64,000 nt of DNA from Pseudomonadota bacterium (GCA_963205195.1 CAUJHR010000011.1:84164-148163), one strand, 5' to 3'. Positions 28,569-37,839 are shown, counted from the first letter of the stretch. Numbers and translations are program-made. Notes: generated by a model not told the origin, from the letters alone.

Positions 28569-29729
28569 TTAAAATAATTCTACTTCTTCTGCTTTAACTG
28601 AAGCAGGAGTATCTGTTGTATTTGTCGTACTAAGGGGTGTTCCTTCCAGGCTTAATTGGAATAATTTAGCGAATTCACTTAACTGGAATTGCTTTTCTAC
28701 ATTTTCTGCCAGAAATTTATCTGGCTTTATCTCTGATAATTCTGGAAAATAAGTGATATTATCTCTTTTTAATGTAGCAATATTTCCATCCATATAATCA
28801 AGCAGGCGCAAGCTGCTCTCTATGTATTGGGTTGTGCGGTCTTGAAATTGTAGATTTACAACCATTCCAGAAAGAGTATCCGAAGCCTCATGGCTAATGG
28901 ATGCAGAATTTTTTAATATAGCAGAAAATTTATTTTTCTGTTCTATCATCCCACCCATCAATGTAGCAAGCCTGCCTTGGGCTATTATGGTTTGCGACAT
29001 ATCGGTTGCCGAAACTTCTTTTAATATTTCATAACCATCACTAACGCCATCGCTTACAGTATTTATACGTACATTAATAGATTCTGCTATTTCACGTATT
29101 GTATTTGATACTTCTTTAACTTCATTTGCAACTACACTAAATCCGCGTCCTGCCTCACCAGCCCTTGCTGCTTCAATACTTGCATTCAGCGCTAGAAGGT
29201 TAGCCTTTTTTGTTATATTCTGTATGTCAGTTATAAAATTTGCTATGGTAGATATGCTTTTCATAGCCTCATCAAGCGCATAAACCATACTTATTGCACG
29301 CTTAGAAACAAACAATATCTTTTCTATAGAATCATTAAGCGTACCAGAGAACATCTCCATGAACTCTTCTAGAGTAACCTGCTCATTGCCAATAGTAATG
29401 GTATTTGATAACTCAGAGATTTGCTCGACTGATTTGCTTTGCTGCCTAATATCATTTGCAAGGCTTATGAAGCGGCTTGACATTGCTTTTGTTGAGTCTT
29501 CAACTAGCTTTGCTGTTTGGGGTAGCTGATGCTTTAATACACATAATGCATGATGATAAACCCCCATAGTGGAATGCCACCGCATAAGTTGTTCATGCGC
29601 TATTTGTTCAGTTTTTATTTGTGTGTTATTTGTCTGATTTAACATAAGAATGTTTTCTCTTATGAAGTCGAAAAAGTCAATAATAAATCTATTGTAGGTT
29701 GTATAAATTATTGTCCTAAAATAAGACAA
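28569..29729 (-). CDS. Soluble methyl-accepting-chemotaxis-protein signalling-domain protein
   Basis: Highly conserved MCP hairpin tip [37 protein letters not shown]. No TM segment is evident. The likely start is the internal Met near 29645 (MLNQTNN..). Confidence 0.85.
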   Translation of the reverse strand: MSYFRTIIYTTYNRFIIDFFDFIRENILMLNQTNNTQIKTEQIAHEQLMRWHSTMGVYHHALCVLKHQLPQTAKLVEDSTKAMSSRFISLANDIRQQSKSVEQISELSNTITIGNEQVTLEEFMEMFSGTLNDSIEKILFVSKRAISMVYALDEAMKSISTIANFITDIQNITKKANLLALNASIEAARAGEAGRGFSVVANEVKEVSNTIREIAESINVRINTVSDGVSDGYEILKEVSATDMSQTIIAQGRLATLMGGMIEQKNKFSAILKNSASISHEASDTLSGMVVNLQFQDRTTQYIESSLRLLDYMDGNIATLKRDNITYFPELSEIKPDKFLAENVEKQFQLSEFAKLFQLSLEGTPLSTTNTTDTPASVKAEEVELF

Positions 29730-29749
29730 TTAAAATATTAAATATATTT

Positions 29750-30508
29750 TTAAGGAATGGATTCTAAAACTTCACGCATATAAACAGGCTGCGGAAGTCT
29801 TGAATTTCTGCCAATAATCCTTGTTATAAAGGATAGCTGCTCCCTTGAAATTGTAATAGGAGCTTTCAATATTTTCCAATGCACATTCTCAGTGCATGGA
29901 GGATAAGGTAGGGAGCCATCATAGGAATAGTACGCTTGATTATTAGAAATAAGGCTATTTGTGTTTATTTTGAATTTATCAAGTTTCTTTTCGGCTATAG
30001 GTTTTATAATTTGTGATATAGTGGAATTTTCAGAGCCGATATTTATAAATTGAGCAACTATAAGTATATCCCCTTTTTTATTTTTATGAATAAGGTGGAC
30101 CTCTGCTGGATAAAAGCCATCTTTTATTCGATGGCTACTTGGTGAATGAATCTCTATGGAATATAAGTTATATGATTCCTCACCTACAATTAATTCACCG
30201 CCATTTACAGCATAAAAAATAAAAGATCTGTTTTTAACTAATTTAAAAACCCCTTCTGCTTCATTATACTTAAAATTGAGAGAAGGAAGTTCGGATGGCT
30301 TTGTATAGGTAATATTTATTGGTGATTGCTTGGTTCCGTTACCACATACAGAATAACCTTTTACTGCTCCCCAATCTTCTTGTCCTGTATAATCATCATC
30401 ATAACTCCAGATCCCTTCAGGCACTGTTATATTTCTTTGTGCAAAAGAATTGCTTGGAATCATTAAGAAAAATGACAGTATTATCGAATAAATTGATATA
30501 TAACGCAT
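29750..30508 (-). CDS. Alpha-class carbonic anhydrase, secreted
   Basis: Signal peptide MRYISIYSIILSFFLMIPSNSFA. Alpha-CA motifs: GTKQSPINI, His ligands in EIHSPSSH / EVHLIHKN, and YYSYDGSLPYPPCTENVHW. The track ORF runs to 30739 (TTG), but that extension overlaps the portal gene. The Met near 30508 is the plausible start (coordinate approximate). Confidence 0.85.
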   Translation of the reverse strand: MRYISIYSIILSFFLMIPSNSFAQRNITVPEGIWSYDDDYTGQEDWGAVKGYSVCGNGTKQSPINITYTKPSELPSLNFKYNEAEGVFKLVKNRSFIFYAVNGGELIVGEESYNLYSIEIHSPSSHRIKDGFYPAEVHLIHKNKKGDILIVAQFINIGSENSTISQIIKPIAEKKLDKFKINTNSLISNNQAYYSYDGSLPYPPCTENVHWKILKAPITISREQLSFITRIIGRNSRLPQPVYMREVLESIP

Positions 30509-30685
30509 AGATTTATTTTTATAATTGATGGTTGCATTATATATTATATTTATTTTTTTTATTAAAAGTATTTTTTTTACTTCCTGACCATAAAAAGCAA
30601 GCTTATTAATTAAATATACGCTGCATAATTTGCATCCAGCCTTTAGGCAATATCCCCTGTATTCTATTATTATAAAGGAAAGAAC

Positions 30686-31921
30686 ATGGCCCAAGCTAGA
30701 ACCTTGCTCAGTAAATTGTTTAGTAGAAAAAATGCACAAAGCCTTGGTTTCAGATCAGCTATTGCTGGATATACATCTCGTTCATATATGGTTATGCCAG
30801 GGCAGGCTGTATGGATGGATAGGGATTATACTCAATTTGCTAAGGAGGCCTATGTAAAAAATGTAATTGCCCACCGTGCTATTGATATGGTTTCTACTGC
30901 TGCATCTTCAGTAAAAATCGAATTATATTCCATAAATTCCAAAGGTGTCCGCCACGAAGAAAAATTTCATCCAGCGCTTGATATTTTAAAGCGCCCTAAT
31001 CCTATGCAAGCCACCAGCGATTTTTTTCAAGCATTGTATAACTATTACCAAATTAGTGGAAATGTATTTATCCAAGCTATAGGAGCAAAGGATACTCAGC
31101 CCAAAGAGCTGCATTTGTTGCGTCCCGACAGAATTTCTATAATAGCAGGAAAATCCGCATTACCAGAAGCTTATAGATACACTATAAGTAACCAGTCACG
31201 AGATTTTCCCGTAGACAAGATAAGCGGAAAATCAATGATTCTGCATATACGTAAATTCAATCCACTTAATGATTGGTATGGGCTTTCGTCGGTTGAGGCT
31301 GCCGCATATAGTATTGACCAACATAATCAGTCTGGTGCATGGAACCAATCATTATTGCAAAATGGCGCACGTCCCAGCGGAGCATTGGTTGTAGGTGGAG
31401 AAGTTACAGGGGGAGGGGTTTTATCAATTGAGCAATATAATAGAGTAAAACAGCAGATTGACGATCAGTTTTCTGGTCCTGAAAATGCTGGGAGGCCCTT
31501 ATTGCTTGAGGGGGGGCTTGATTGGAAAGAAATGAGCATGAGTCCAAAAGATATGGACTTTGTTGAAGCTAAACACTCATCGGCAAGGGATATAGCTTTG
31601 GCCTTCGGTGTTCCTCCACAATTGCTTGGCATCCCAGGAGATAATACTTATTCTAACCTTCAAGAAGCGCGTCTGGCATTATGGGAACAAACAGTTATAC
31701 CTTTAGTGGAGCGTACAATAGACAGGCTAAATAATTGGCTTATACCGTTTTTTGGAGATAGGTTGGAGCTTACAGCTGACACTGATAGTATAACAGCGCT
31801 TGCTGCAAGTAACCAGGCTATATGGGATAGGGTGGAAAAATCAAGCTTTCTTACGGATGATGAAAAACGTATTGCAGTTGGATATTCTCCGCTTTCTCAC
31901 AAAAAGAAAATTATTGATTAG
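30686..31921 (+). CDS. Phage portal protein, HK97 family (RcGTA g3-like)
   Basis: Typical HK97-portal motifs: ..NPLNDWYGLS..EAAA..I..HN....WN..LL.NGARPSGAL, then SPKDMDF...K....RDIALAFGVPP.LLG. Confidence 0.9.
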   Translation: MAQARTLLSKLFSRKNAQSLGFRSAIAGYTSRSYMVMPGQAVWMDRDYTQFAKEAYVKNVIAHRAIDMVSTAASSVKIELYSINSKGVRHEEKFHPALDILKRPNPMQATSDFFQALYNYYQISGNVFIQAIGAKDTQPKELHLLRPDRISIIAGKSALPEAYRYTISNQSRDFPVDKISGKSMILHIRKFNPLNDWYGLSSVEAAAYSIDQHNQSGAWNQSLLQNGARPSGALVVGGEVTGGGVLSIEQYNRVKQQIDDQFSGPENAGRPLLLEGGLDWKEMSMSPKDMDFVEAKHSSARDIALAFGVPPQLLGIPGDNTYSNLQEARLALWEQTVIPLVERTIDRLNNWLIPFFGDRLELTADTDSITALAASNQAIWDRVEKSSFLTDDEKRIAVGYSPLSHKKKIID

Positions 31922-31970
31922 TGATATTATGTGCGTAAAGTAAGATATACACAATTTTAGAAGTCTGCAT

Positions 31971-32561
31971 ATGAGTTTACGAAATAATATACTATCATAT
32001 GGAAGTGTTGCTAAATTTTTTCATTGGGCAGTAGCATTTTTAATTATTGGGATGATTGCTGTTGGGCTAATAATGGCTAATATGGAAAATAGCCCCGATA
32101 GATTTAAACTAATTGCCCTTCATAAGGAATTTGGAGTAGTTGTACTTATCCTTGCCTGTATGCGCTTAGGATGGAAAATACTAGATGTAAGTCCATTATT
32201 TCCAGAAAGCATGGATAAAATTTCAAGGCTTGGAGCTAAATTGGTACATTCCATGCTTTATATTCTTATGTTTGCTATGCCTATTACCGGTTGGCTAATG
32301 TCATCGGCTGCTGGTTTCCAGGTATCATTCTTTGGTTTGTTTTTATTACCAAATATTGCTTCTGCTGATAAAGAATTTGGTCATAGTATGGCTGAGCTAC
32401 ACGAGATTCTTGCATGGATATTGATCGCATTAATTACCCTGCATGTTCTTGCTGCGTTATTGCATCATTTTTATTATAAGGATAATATATTGCTGCGTAT
32501 GCTTCCTAATTTTAAAGGTAAATCCAATGCAGAAAATACTGGCACTGATACTGGCATTTAG
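31971..32561 (+). CDS. Cytochrome b561 (CybB family)
   Basis: Four TM helices with conserved His ligands (AKFFHWAVAFL.., LHKEFG, ELHEILAWILIALITLHVLAALLHHF). Confidence 0.85.
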   Translation: MSLRNNILSYGSVAKFFHWAVAFLIIGMIAVGLIMANMENSPDRFKLIALHKEFGVVVLILACMRLGWKILDVSPLFPESMDKISRLGAKLVHSMLYILMFAMPITGWLMSSAAGFQVSFFGLFLLPNIASADKEFGHSMAELHEILAWILIALITLHVLAALLHHFYYKDNILLRMLPNFKGKSNAENTGTDTGI

Positions 32562-33096
32562 TGTAGCTCTTGCTTTTCCAGCATTTGCTGATGCCCCGGC
32601 TTATAAGATTATTAAGGAAAAAAGTTATCTTAAATTTTATGCCATTAATAATGGCTCGCCTGTTGAGGGGCAATTTAAAGATTTTTCTGCAAGCATTAAT
32701 TTTGATCCTGAAAAACTTGCAGATAGTAAAATCAATATTGAAGTGCAAACAGTAAGTGTTGCTACGGATTATGATGAAGTTGCTAAGAACTTAATTTCTA
32801 AGGATTGGCTTGCAACATCGGATTTTCCTAAGGCCGTATTTACAAGCAAGGCAATTACTAGAATGCCAAGTTCAGAAAATTACTATGCTGATGGAACGCT
32901 TAAATTGCGGGATAAAAATGTACCGGTGGTCATTAATTTTCAATTGCAGTTTCCTGGCAGCAAAACTGCCATTGCCAATGGTTATGTAACGTTACGCCGC
33001 AGTGACTTTGGAATCGGTCAAGGCCAATGGTCTAAGGATGATGTGGTGAAGAATGAAGTGCGGGTTGAATTTCGGGTAGTAGCTGAAAAGATTTAA
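32527..33096 (+). CDS. YceI-family periplasmic polyisoprenoid-binding protein
   Basis: Signal peptide MQKILALILAFSVALAFPAFA. YceI pattern: ..S.L.F.......V.G.F..F...I.FDP.....S.I.I.....S..T, then L+LRDK..PV.. The start is refined to the internal ATG at 32527 and overlaps the cybB end, the usual cybB-yceI pairing. Confidence 0.85.
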   Translation: MQKILALILAFSVALAFPAFADAPAYKIIKEKSYLKFYAINNGSPVEGQFKDFSASINFDPEKLADSKINIEVQTVSVATDYDEVAKNLISKDWLATSDFPKAVFTSKAITRMPSSENYYADGTLKLRDKNVPVVINFQLQFPGSKTAIANGYVTLRRSDFGIGQGQWSKDDVVKNEVRVEFRVVAEKI

Positions 33097-33107
33097 TATA
33101 TTATATC

Positions 33108-33386
33108 TTAACGTTTATTGGATTTTGCGCGTGTAGCGTCTGGTAAGCTATGGTTTGTACAAATATCATTTACGCTCTTTTCAAGTAAAAGTTCCGTGAC
33201 AAAAGACGGAATGTCGCTTTTTGGTATAATACTGTGAAAGTGATCGTGAAGTTCCTGAATTGTTTGATCCTTATTATCACATGATTCTTTAATGCCTTTT
33301 TTTTTCATATCTGCCGCTAAAGCAGAATGAAGCTTAACCACATCTTCTTCTAATTTAGCTACTGCCGTTTCAAGATTATCGGACAT
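33108..33386 (-). CDS. Hypothetical small protein (92 aa)
   Basis: ORF only. Predicted helical and charged, with no motif. Confidence 0.3.
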   Translation of the reverse strand: MSDNLETAVAKLEEDVVKLHSALAADMKKKGIKESCDNKDQTIQELHDHFHSIIPKSDIPSFVTELLLEKSVNDICTNHSLPDATRAKSNKR

Positions 33387-33498
33387 ATTGTTACCTTAGA
33401 TATAAAATTATCAATTCTTACAATATAGCATGGCTGTTAATTAGTAATATTACAATTGCATGAAATTGCAAATAATCAAATAAAACAATGAGTTATAA

Positions 33499-34062
33499 AT
33501 GTATTATGATAAGAAAGTTAGCGCTAATATGCGCGAACGCAAAAGGCTTGCCTTTTTTTTAGAGGTCAAATCACTAAACTCTGCAGGCCGCTTTGCAGGT
33601 TATGCAAGTGTTTTCGATGTCGTTGATAACCAGAAAGACATCATTTTAAGGGGCGCATTTACCGAAACACTTAAAGGCCGGGTAGGGGATATCAAAATGC
33701 TGTGGCAGCATCAGCAAGATGAGCCAATAGGTATCTTTGAGCATATGTTCGAAGATAAAAATGGTCTTTATGTCGAAGGCAGGCTGCTTTTAGATATAGC
33801 AAGGGCTAAAGAGGCTTATGCTTTGCTTAAAGAGCGGGTAATAGGCGGGCTTTCCATAGGTTATTCCCCAATTAAATATCGCCTTAATGAAAAAACAGGA
33901 GTGCGTATGCTTTCTGCGGTTGAGCTTTGGGAAATAAGTCTTGTGACATTCCCTGCAAATGAATCTGCAAAGATAACAGTAGTCAAGCAAGGCGCTCCTG
34001 ATTTGCAGTATGTAGCTCTATTGAAGGCTATGGATAGGGCTATATCCGTACTACAAAAATAA
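33499..34062 (+). CDS. HK97-family prohead protease (RcGTA g4-like)
   Basis: GYASVFDVVDNQKDIILRGAF...MLWQHQ.DEPIG.......D..GLYVEG.L......A.EAY.LLK......LSIGY.... Confidence 0.9.
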   Translation: MYYDKKVSANMRERKRLAFFLEVKSLNSAGRFAGYASVFDVVDNQKDIILRGAFTETLKGRVGDIKMLWQHQQDEPIGIFEHMFEDKNGLYVEGRLLLDIARAKEAYALLKERVIGGLSIGYSPIKYRLNEKTGVRMLSAVELWEISLVTFPANESAKITVVKQGAPDLQYVALLKAMDRAISVLQK

Positions 34063-34089
34063 TTTTAACAACTAAAATAAGGAAAAATT

Positions 34090-35289
34090 ATGAGTTTAAG
34101 TGAAATTACTGACAGAGTCGCCTGTCTTGGCAATGCATGGGAACAATTCAAGCAAATCAACGATGCACGTCTGAATGAAATTGAGTGTAAGGGTAATGCC
34201 GATCCACTTTACAGTGAGCATCTAAGCAATATCAGCATGGCTCTGGATAATTATAAATCCCGCCTTGATACTATTGAAACCGCTTATAACCGCCCGTTCC
34301 TCGGTAGCAACGAGCAGATTGGATATAAAAGTAATGAATCAAATTCGGAATATTCTAAAGCATTTAGGAGCTATTTGCGTAAAGGAATGGAAGGCGGCTT
34401 GGAAAACCTGCAAACAAAAGCTCTTTCGGTGAGTTCCGATCCTGATGGCGGTTACCTGGTTACCCCTAATATGTCATCCAAAATCGTACAGGCGATCTTT
34501 GAAACTTCGCCAATGCGCCAGCTAGCATCGGTTGAAACCATTTCATCTGATGCGTTGGAGCTTATTGATGACCATGACCAAGCTGCGGCTGGCTGGACAT
34601 CAGAAACAGGTGCAATAACGGAAACAAGTACCCCTACACTCGCCAAGCGCAATATCCCAACGCATGAGTTATATGCACAACCTAAAGCTACTCAAAAACT
34701 TGTCGATGATGCGGCAATTGATATTGAAAACTGGCTTTCAGGAAAAATTGCCGATATTTTCAGCCGTAAGGAAAACACAGCATTCATCAGCGGCAGCGGA
34801 GTTGGGCAACCACGTGGTATACTAACCTATTCAGCGGGTACTAGCTGGGGGCAAATCCAGCAAGTGAACTCAGGTAGCAGCGGCGCAGTAACTGCAGATG
34901 CTATAATTTCCTTATTCTATGCTCTTAAAGATTCTTACAGCAAACGTGCAAACTTCCTTATGAACCGCACTGTGGTTCAATCTGTACGCCTATTAAAACA
35001 GGCCACTACAAACCAGTATATGTGGCAACCAGGCCTTGCAGCAGGCACGCCGGATACACTTATGGGCGTTCCTGTCCATATGGCAGCAGATATGCCTATT
35101 GCTGCCAGCAATTCACTTTCAATTGCTGTTGGCGATTTCCAGTCGGCATACCAGATAGTAGACCGCCAGGGCATAAGCATACTTCGCGACCCATTCACAG
35201 AAAAGCCATTTGTAAAATTCTATGCAACCAAACGCGTAGGTGGTGATGTGGTGAATTTTGACGCTATCAAATTGATGAAATTAGCATAA
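34090..35289 (+). CDS. HK97-family major capsid protein (RcGTA g5-like)
   Basis: N-terminal scaffold-like coiled coil, then ..SSDPDGGYLV.P..S..I......SPMRQLA.V., ..GQPRGIL.. and ..V.RQGI.ILRDPFT.KP.V.FY...RVGG. Confidence 0.95.
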   Translation: MSLSEITDRVACLGNAWEQFKQINDARLNEIECKGNADPLYSEHLSNISMALDNYKSRLDTIETAYNRPFLGSNEQIGYKSNESNSEYSKAFRSYLRKGMEGGLENLQTKALSVSSDPDGGYLVTPNMSSKIVQAIFETSPMRQLASVETISSDALELIDDHDQAAAGWTSETGAITETSTPTLAKRNIPTHELYAQPKATQKLVDDAAIDIENWLSGKIADIFSRKENTAFISGSGVGQPRGILTYSAGTSWGQIQQVNSGSSGAVTADAIISLFYALKDSYSKRANFLMNRTVVQSVRLLKQATTNQYMWQPGLAAGTPDTLMGVPVHMAADMPIAASNSLSIAVGDFQSAYQIVDRQGISILRDPFTEKPFVKFYATKRVGGDVVNFDAIKLMKLA

Positions 35290-35303
35290 TATAAGGAAAA
35301 AAT

Positions 35304-35717
35304 ATGAGAGATATGTATCATAATGTATTGGTTTCCCAGCATCTAAGTCCTATTGTGGCAACTAGTGCTAAAACCTCAACATCAATAGATTTACAAGGTT
35401 ATAATAGTATAAATGTGATTTTTAATATAGGACTTGCTGGCGATACCTTATCAGGAACCGTTTATTGGACTATAAAATTACAACATAGTGATGATGATAC
35501 CACCTATTCTGACCTATCTTTGTCAGATCTAAATAGCCCATATCTTACAATAGCTATCGATTCTTCTGCAAAGGACAGAAACTGCTATAGCTTTGGCTAT
35601 CAGGGCGCTAAACGTTACCTTAAGGCCCTAGCCACTCCTACCGGAACACATACTAATGGAACACCGATAGGTGTTGTTGCTATGCGTAGCGCAGCTGCAT
35701 ACATGCCTGTAATATAA
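35304..35717 (+). CDS. Hypothetical protein following the capsid gene (possible head-associated protein)
   Basis: 137 aa, starting 14 nt after the capsid gene. The pattern ..SIDLQGYNSINVIFNIG..GDTLSGTVYWTIKLQHSDDDTTYSDL.. resembles an unnamed family I recall seeing after capsid genes in HK97-like prophages. The assignment is not verifiable here. Confidence 0.45.
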   Translation: MRDMYHNVLVSQHLSPIVATSAKTSTSIDLQGYNSINVIFNIGLAGDTLSGTVYWTIKLQHSDDDTTYSDLSLSDLNSPYLTIAIDSSAKDRNCYSFGYQGAKRYLKALATPTGTHTNGTPIGVVAMRSAAAYMPVI

Positions 35718-35865
35718 CGAAAATATAGTTTAAATGAGACAAAAAAAGTTTTTATAAAACATATATTATTTGTTGTAAGTCATTGTTTTAATACTTCTTT
35801 AAGTTACTTGATTTATTATAGGATTTCAGGTTAAACTCTCATTTAAACCATATCTGGGGCATTAC

Positions 35866-36213
35866 GTGTCAAAACTTTCTAAGGCTGAGCAAATCATTGC
35901 TGAAAAGACCGTTTGCGTACTTTTAGTCCGCGGTGAAAGTCCTGATGGTGAAAAGATATTTGCATATATGGCAGTAAGGGCCGATAAGCTCGAATCATTT
36001 ATTGAAGCTCAGAAAAGTGGTACTTTTTACCCAGAAGATTATGGAATTGTTATAGAATCCGGATATGGTGACCCCTCAGATGAGGTAAAGGAAAAAATGA
36101 CCAAGGAATATGGCTTCAACCATGAGGCAATGCTTGATATTGAGAGTCCTCAGGGAGCCAATGATATAGCCAGCAATATATCTTCATATGTTTCTGGAAT
36201 TAAAGAAGAATAA
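35866..36213 (+). CDS. Hypothetical acidic protein (115 aa)
   Basis: ORF with a GTG start after a 148-bp AT-rich spacer. No motif. Confidence 0.4.
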   Translation: MSKLSKAEQIIAEKTVCVLLVRGESPDGEKIFAYMAVRADKLESFIEAQKSGTFYPEDYGIVIESGYGDPSDEVKEKMTKEYGFNHEAMLDIESPQGANDIASNISSYVSGIKEE

Positions 36214-36315
36214 ATCTTTTTCTTATATTCACATAATATTCACACAATCGTCACATAAAATATGACGTTTTGTGCTATCTTGTAATGGGATACTATTTCC
36301 ATCAAGAGGTTAGAA

Positions 36316-37113
36316 GTGACTAGTAATGGTTTAATATCAAATAACAATCATGCTGTTAGATCGGTAAGGCGGAATATCGGTCTTGAATCAGCAGGTTTTG
36401 CTGCTGCTGAAGGTGCATCAATGGTGACCTCGTTAGGAGTAGTTGCCGTTATGGACAAGGTTGTCCCAAAGCCATTAATGGATAAAGCAACTGATATAGT
36501 TTCAAAAGTTTTTATTGAACCATACCTTGATACTATTGAGCGCAATCTTGCTAAGTGCAGGCTTGAAGAATGTCAGGTTGATGAAACAAAAACTCGTGAA
36601 GAGCGAGCAAGAAGGCTGGCTAACGGAGTAGTAATTTTTGGGACCGCATATTGCTTTGCGCTTGCCGCAAAATTTGGCGCAAGGAAGTATGCGAATAAAT
36701 TGACTGGTGTCACTGAAGCAGAAGCATCTACAGAAGCTGGTTTATTATCTAAAGTAAAATCCCATATACCGTTTGTTGGATATACGCGTGATGCTAATAT
36801 GATTACTATTGCCGACGAAGCTGTGCACATAGGATCTTTAATATATTTAAATACGAAAGCATCACAATTTACTGATGATCATATTAAATCTCTTAGCAAG
36901 ACACTTGAAAAATTTGGTGTAAGTAAGGAAAAGGCTAAAGAGGTTTCAACCATGGTGATGGTTTGGGAAGTGCCGAACTTTTTGGGGATGATGGCTGGCG
37001 GAACAGCAATTGCTGGTAAACATGCTAAGGGATGGGGCATGGATAAAAAACACCCTAAATATAGCATTATGGATGTGGTTAATGGAACTGCAAAAGCTCC
37101 ATCAATTTCGTAA
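36316..37113 (+). CDS. Hypothetical membrane-associated protein (265 aa)
   Basis: GTG start. Gly/Ala-rich hydrophobic stretches (SAGFAAAEGASMVTSLGVVAV, GVVIFGTAYCFALAAKFGA, FLGMMAGGTAIAG), similar in style to the orphan proteins at 40310-44770. Confidence 0.45.
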   Translation: MTSNGLISNNNHAVRSVRRNIGLESAGFAAAEGASMVTSLGVVAVMDKVVPKPLMDKATDIVSKVFIEPYLDTIERNLAKCRLEECQVDETKTREERARRLANGVVIFGTAYCFALAAKFGARKYANKLTGVTEAEASTEAGLLSKVKSHIPFVGYTRDANMITIADEAVHIGSLIYLNTKASQFTDDHIKSLSKTLEKFGVSKEKAKEVSTMVMVWEVPNFLGMMAGGTAIAGKHAKGWGMDKKHPKYSIMDVVNGTAKAPSIS

Positions 37114-37287
37114 ATTAAAAATATCTGAAAAATGCAAATTCTTATGCTGCAAACCCGATATGGCAGCGAGGATGGATTTGTTATAAGCCGTTACCAGAAA
37201 AACCATCAATATAAAACTGCTGATTCCCTTGCAGAATATTTTATCAGGCGGGGTTTAGCAAAACCCTTAAAACATTTGGAGAAAATT

Positions 37288-37839
37288 ATGTTTAATACCC
37301 GTAACAGGAGATTAGAGCGCGTTGCTGCTCCTGCTGCCGAGCCAGTAACAGTTGAAGAGGCAAAAACATATTTAAGAATAGATTCTGCGGAAGAAGATAT
37401 TCTGATTAATGACTTGATAGTTGCTGCAAGGATGAGTGCAGAGCAGTGGCTTAGATCTTCACTTATAAACCAAACATGGAAATTGGTTTATAATGAATAT
37501 GTTAATGATGGTATTCCATTGGAAATGCTTCCTGTTGTTAACATAGTTAGTGTTATATTAGTGAACCGTGATTCAAGCAGCCAGGTAATTTCCTCTGATA
37601 GTTATTACCTGAATGCGTCTAGAACTTCACTTATGCTTGATTCGCGCATAGATGGTTTTTCAATTGAGATCACATATAATACCGGTTATGGGAACTCTTC
37701 ACAAGTTCCCACCCCTATTAAATATGGGATATTATCTCACATTGCCGCAATGTATGATGAGCGTGGCCTAATAGGGCAGGCGATTTTACCCGCTCAGGTA
37801 AGTGCTCTGTATTCTCCGTTTCGTGAGGTATTGCTATGA
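37288..37839 (+). CDS. gp6-like head-tail connector protein (RcGTA g6-like)
   Basis: EPVTVEEAKTYLRIDSAEEDILINDLIVAARMSAEQWLRSSLINQTW is the classic gp6-like connector signature. The ATG at 37288 has a GGAG 7 nt upstream. The track ORF starts in frame at 37132, an N-terminal extension of unknown reality. Confidence 0.8.
   Translation: MFNTRNRRLERVAAPAAEPVTVEEAKTYLRIDSAEEDILINDLIVAARMSAEQWLRSSLINQTWKLVYNEYVNDGIPLEMLPVVNIVSVILVNRDSSSQVISSDSYYLNASRTSLMLDSRIDGFSIEITYNTGYGNSSQVPTPIKYGILSHIAAMYDERGLIGQAILPAQVSALYSPFREVLL

Noticed and set aside
30509-30739. 77-codon N-terminal extension of the carbonic anhydrase ORF (TTG start)
   Set aside because: The extension overlaps the portal gene start and precedes a perfectly good Met plus signal peptide. 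My hand count of this AT-rich stretch also disagreed by 1-2 nt with the track, so I do not rely on base-level detail here.
35728-35848. 12-nt inverted repeat (GTTTAAATGAGA / TCTCATTTAAAC) flanking ~97 bp of AT-rich DNA, considered as a MITE or att remnant
   Set aside because: It is too short. I could see no target-site duplication and no second copy in the window. In DNA this AT-rich, such matches are not compelling. It is mentioned only as context in the 35304-37113 finding.
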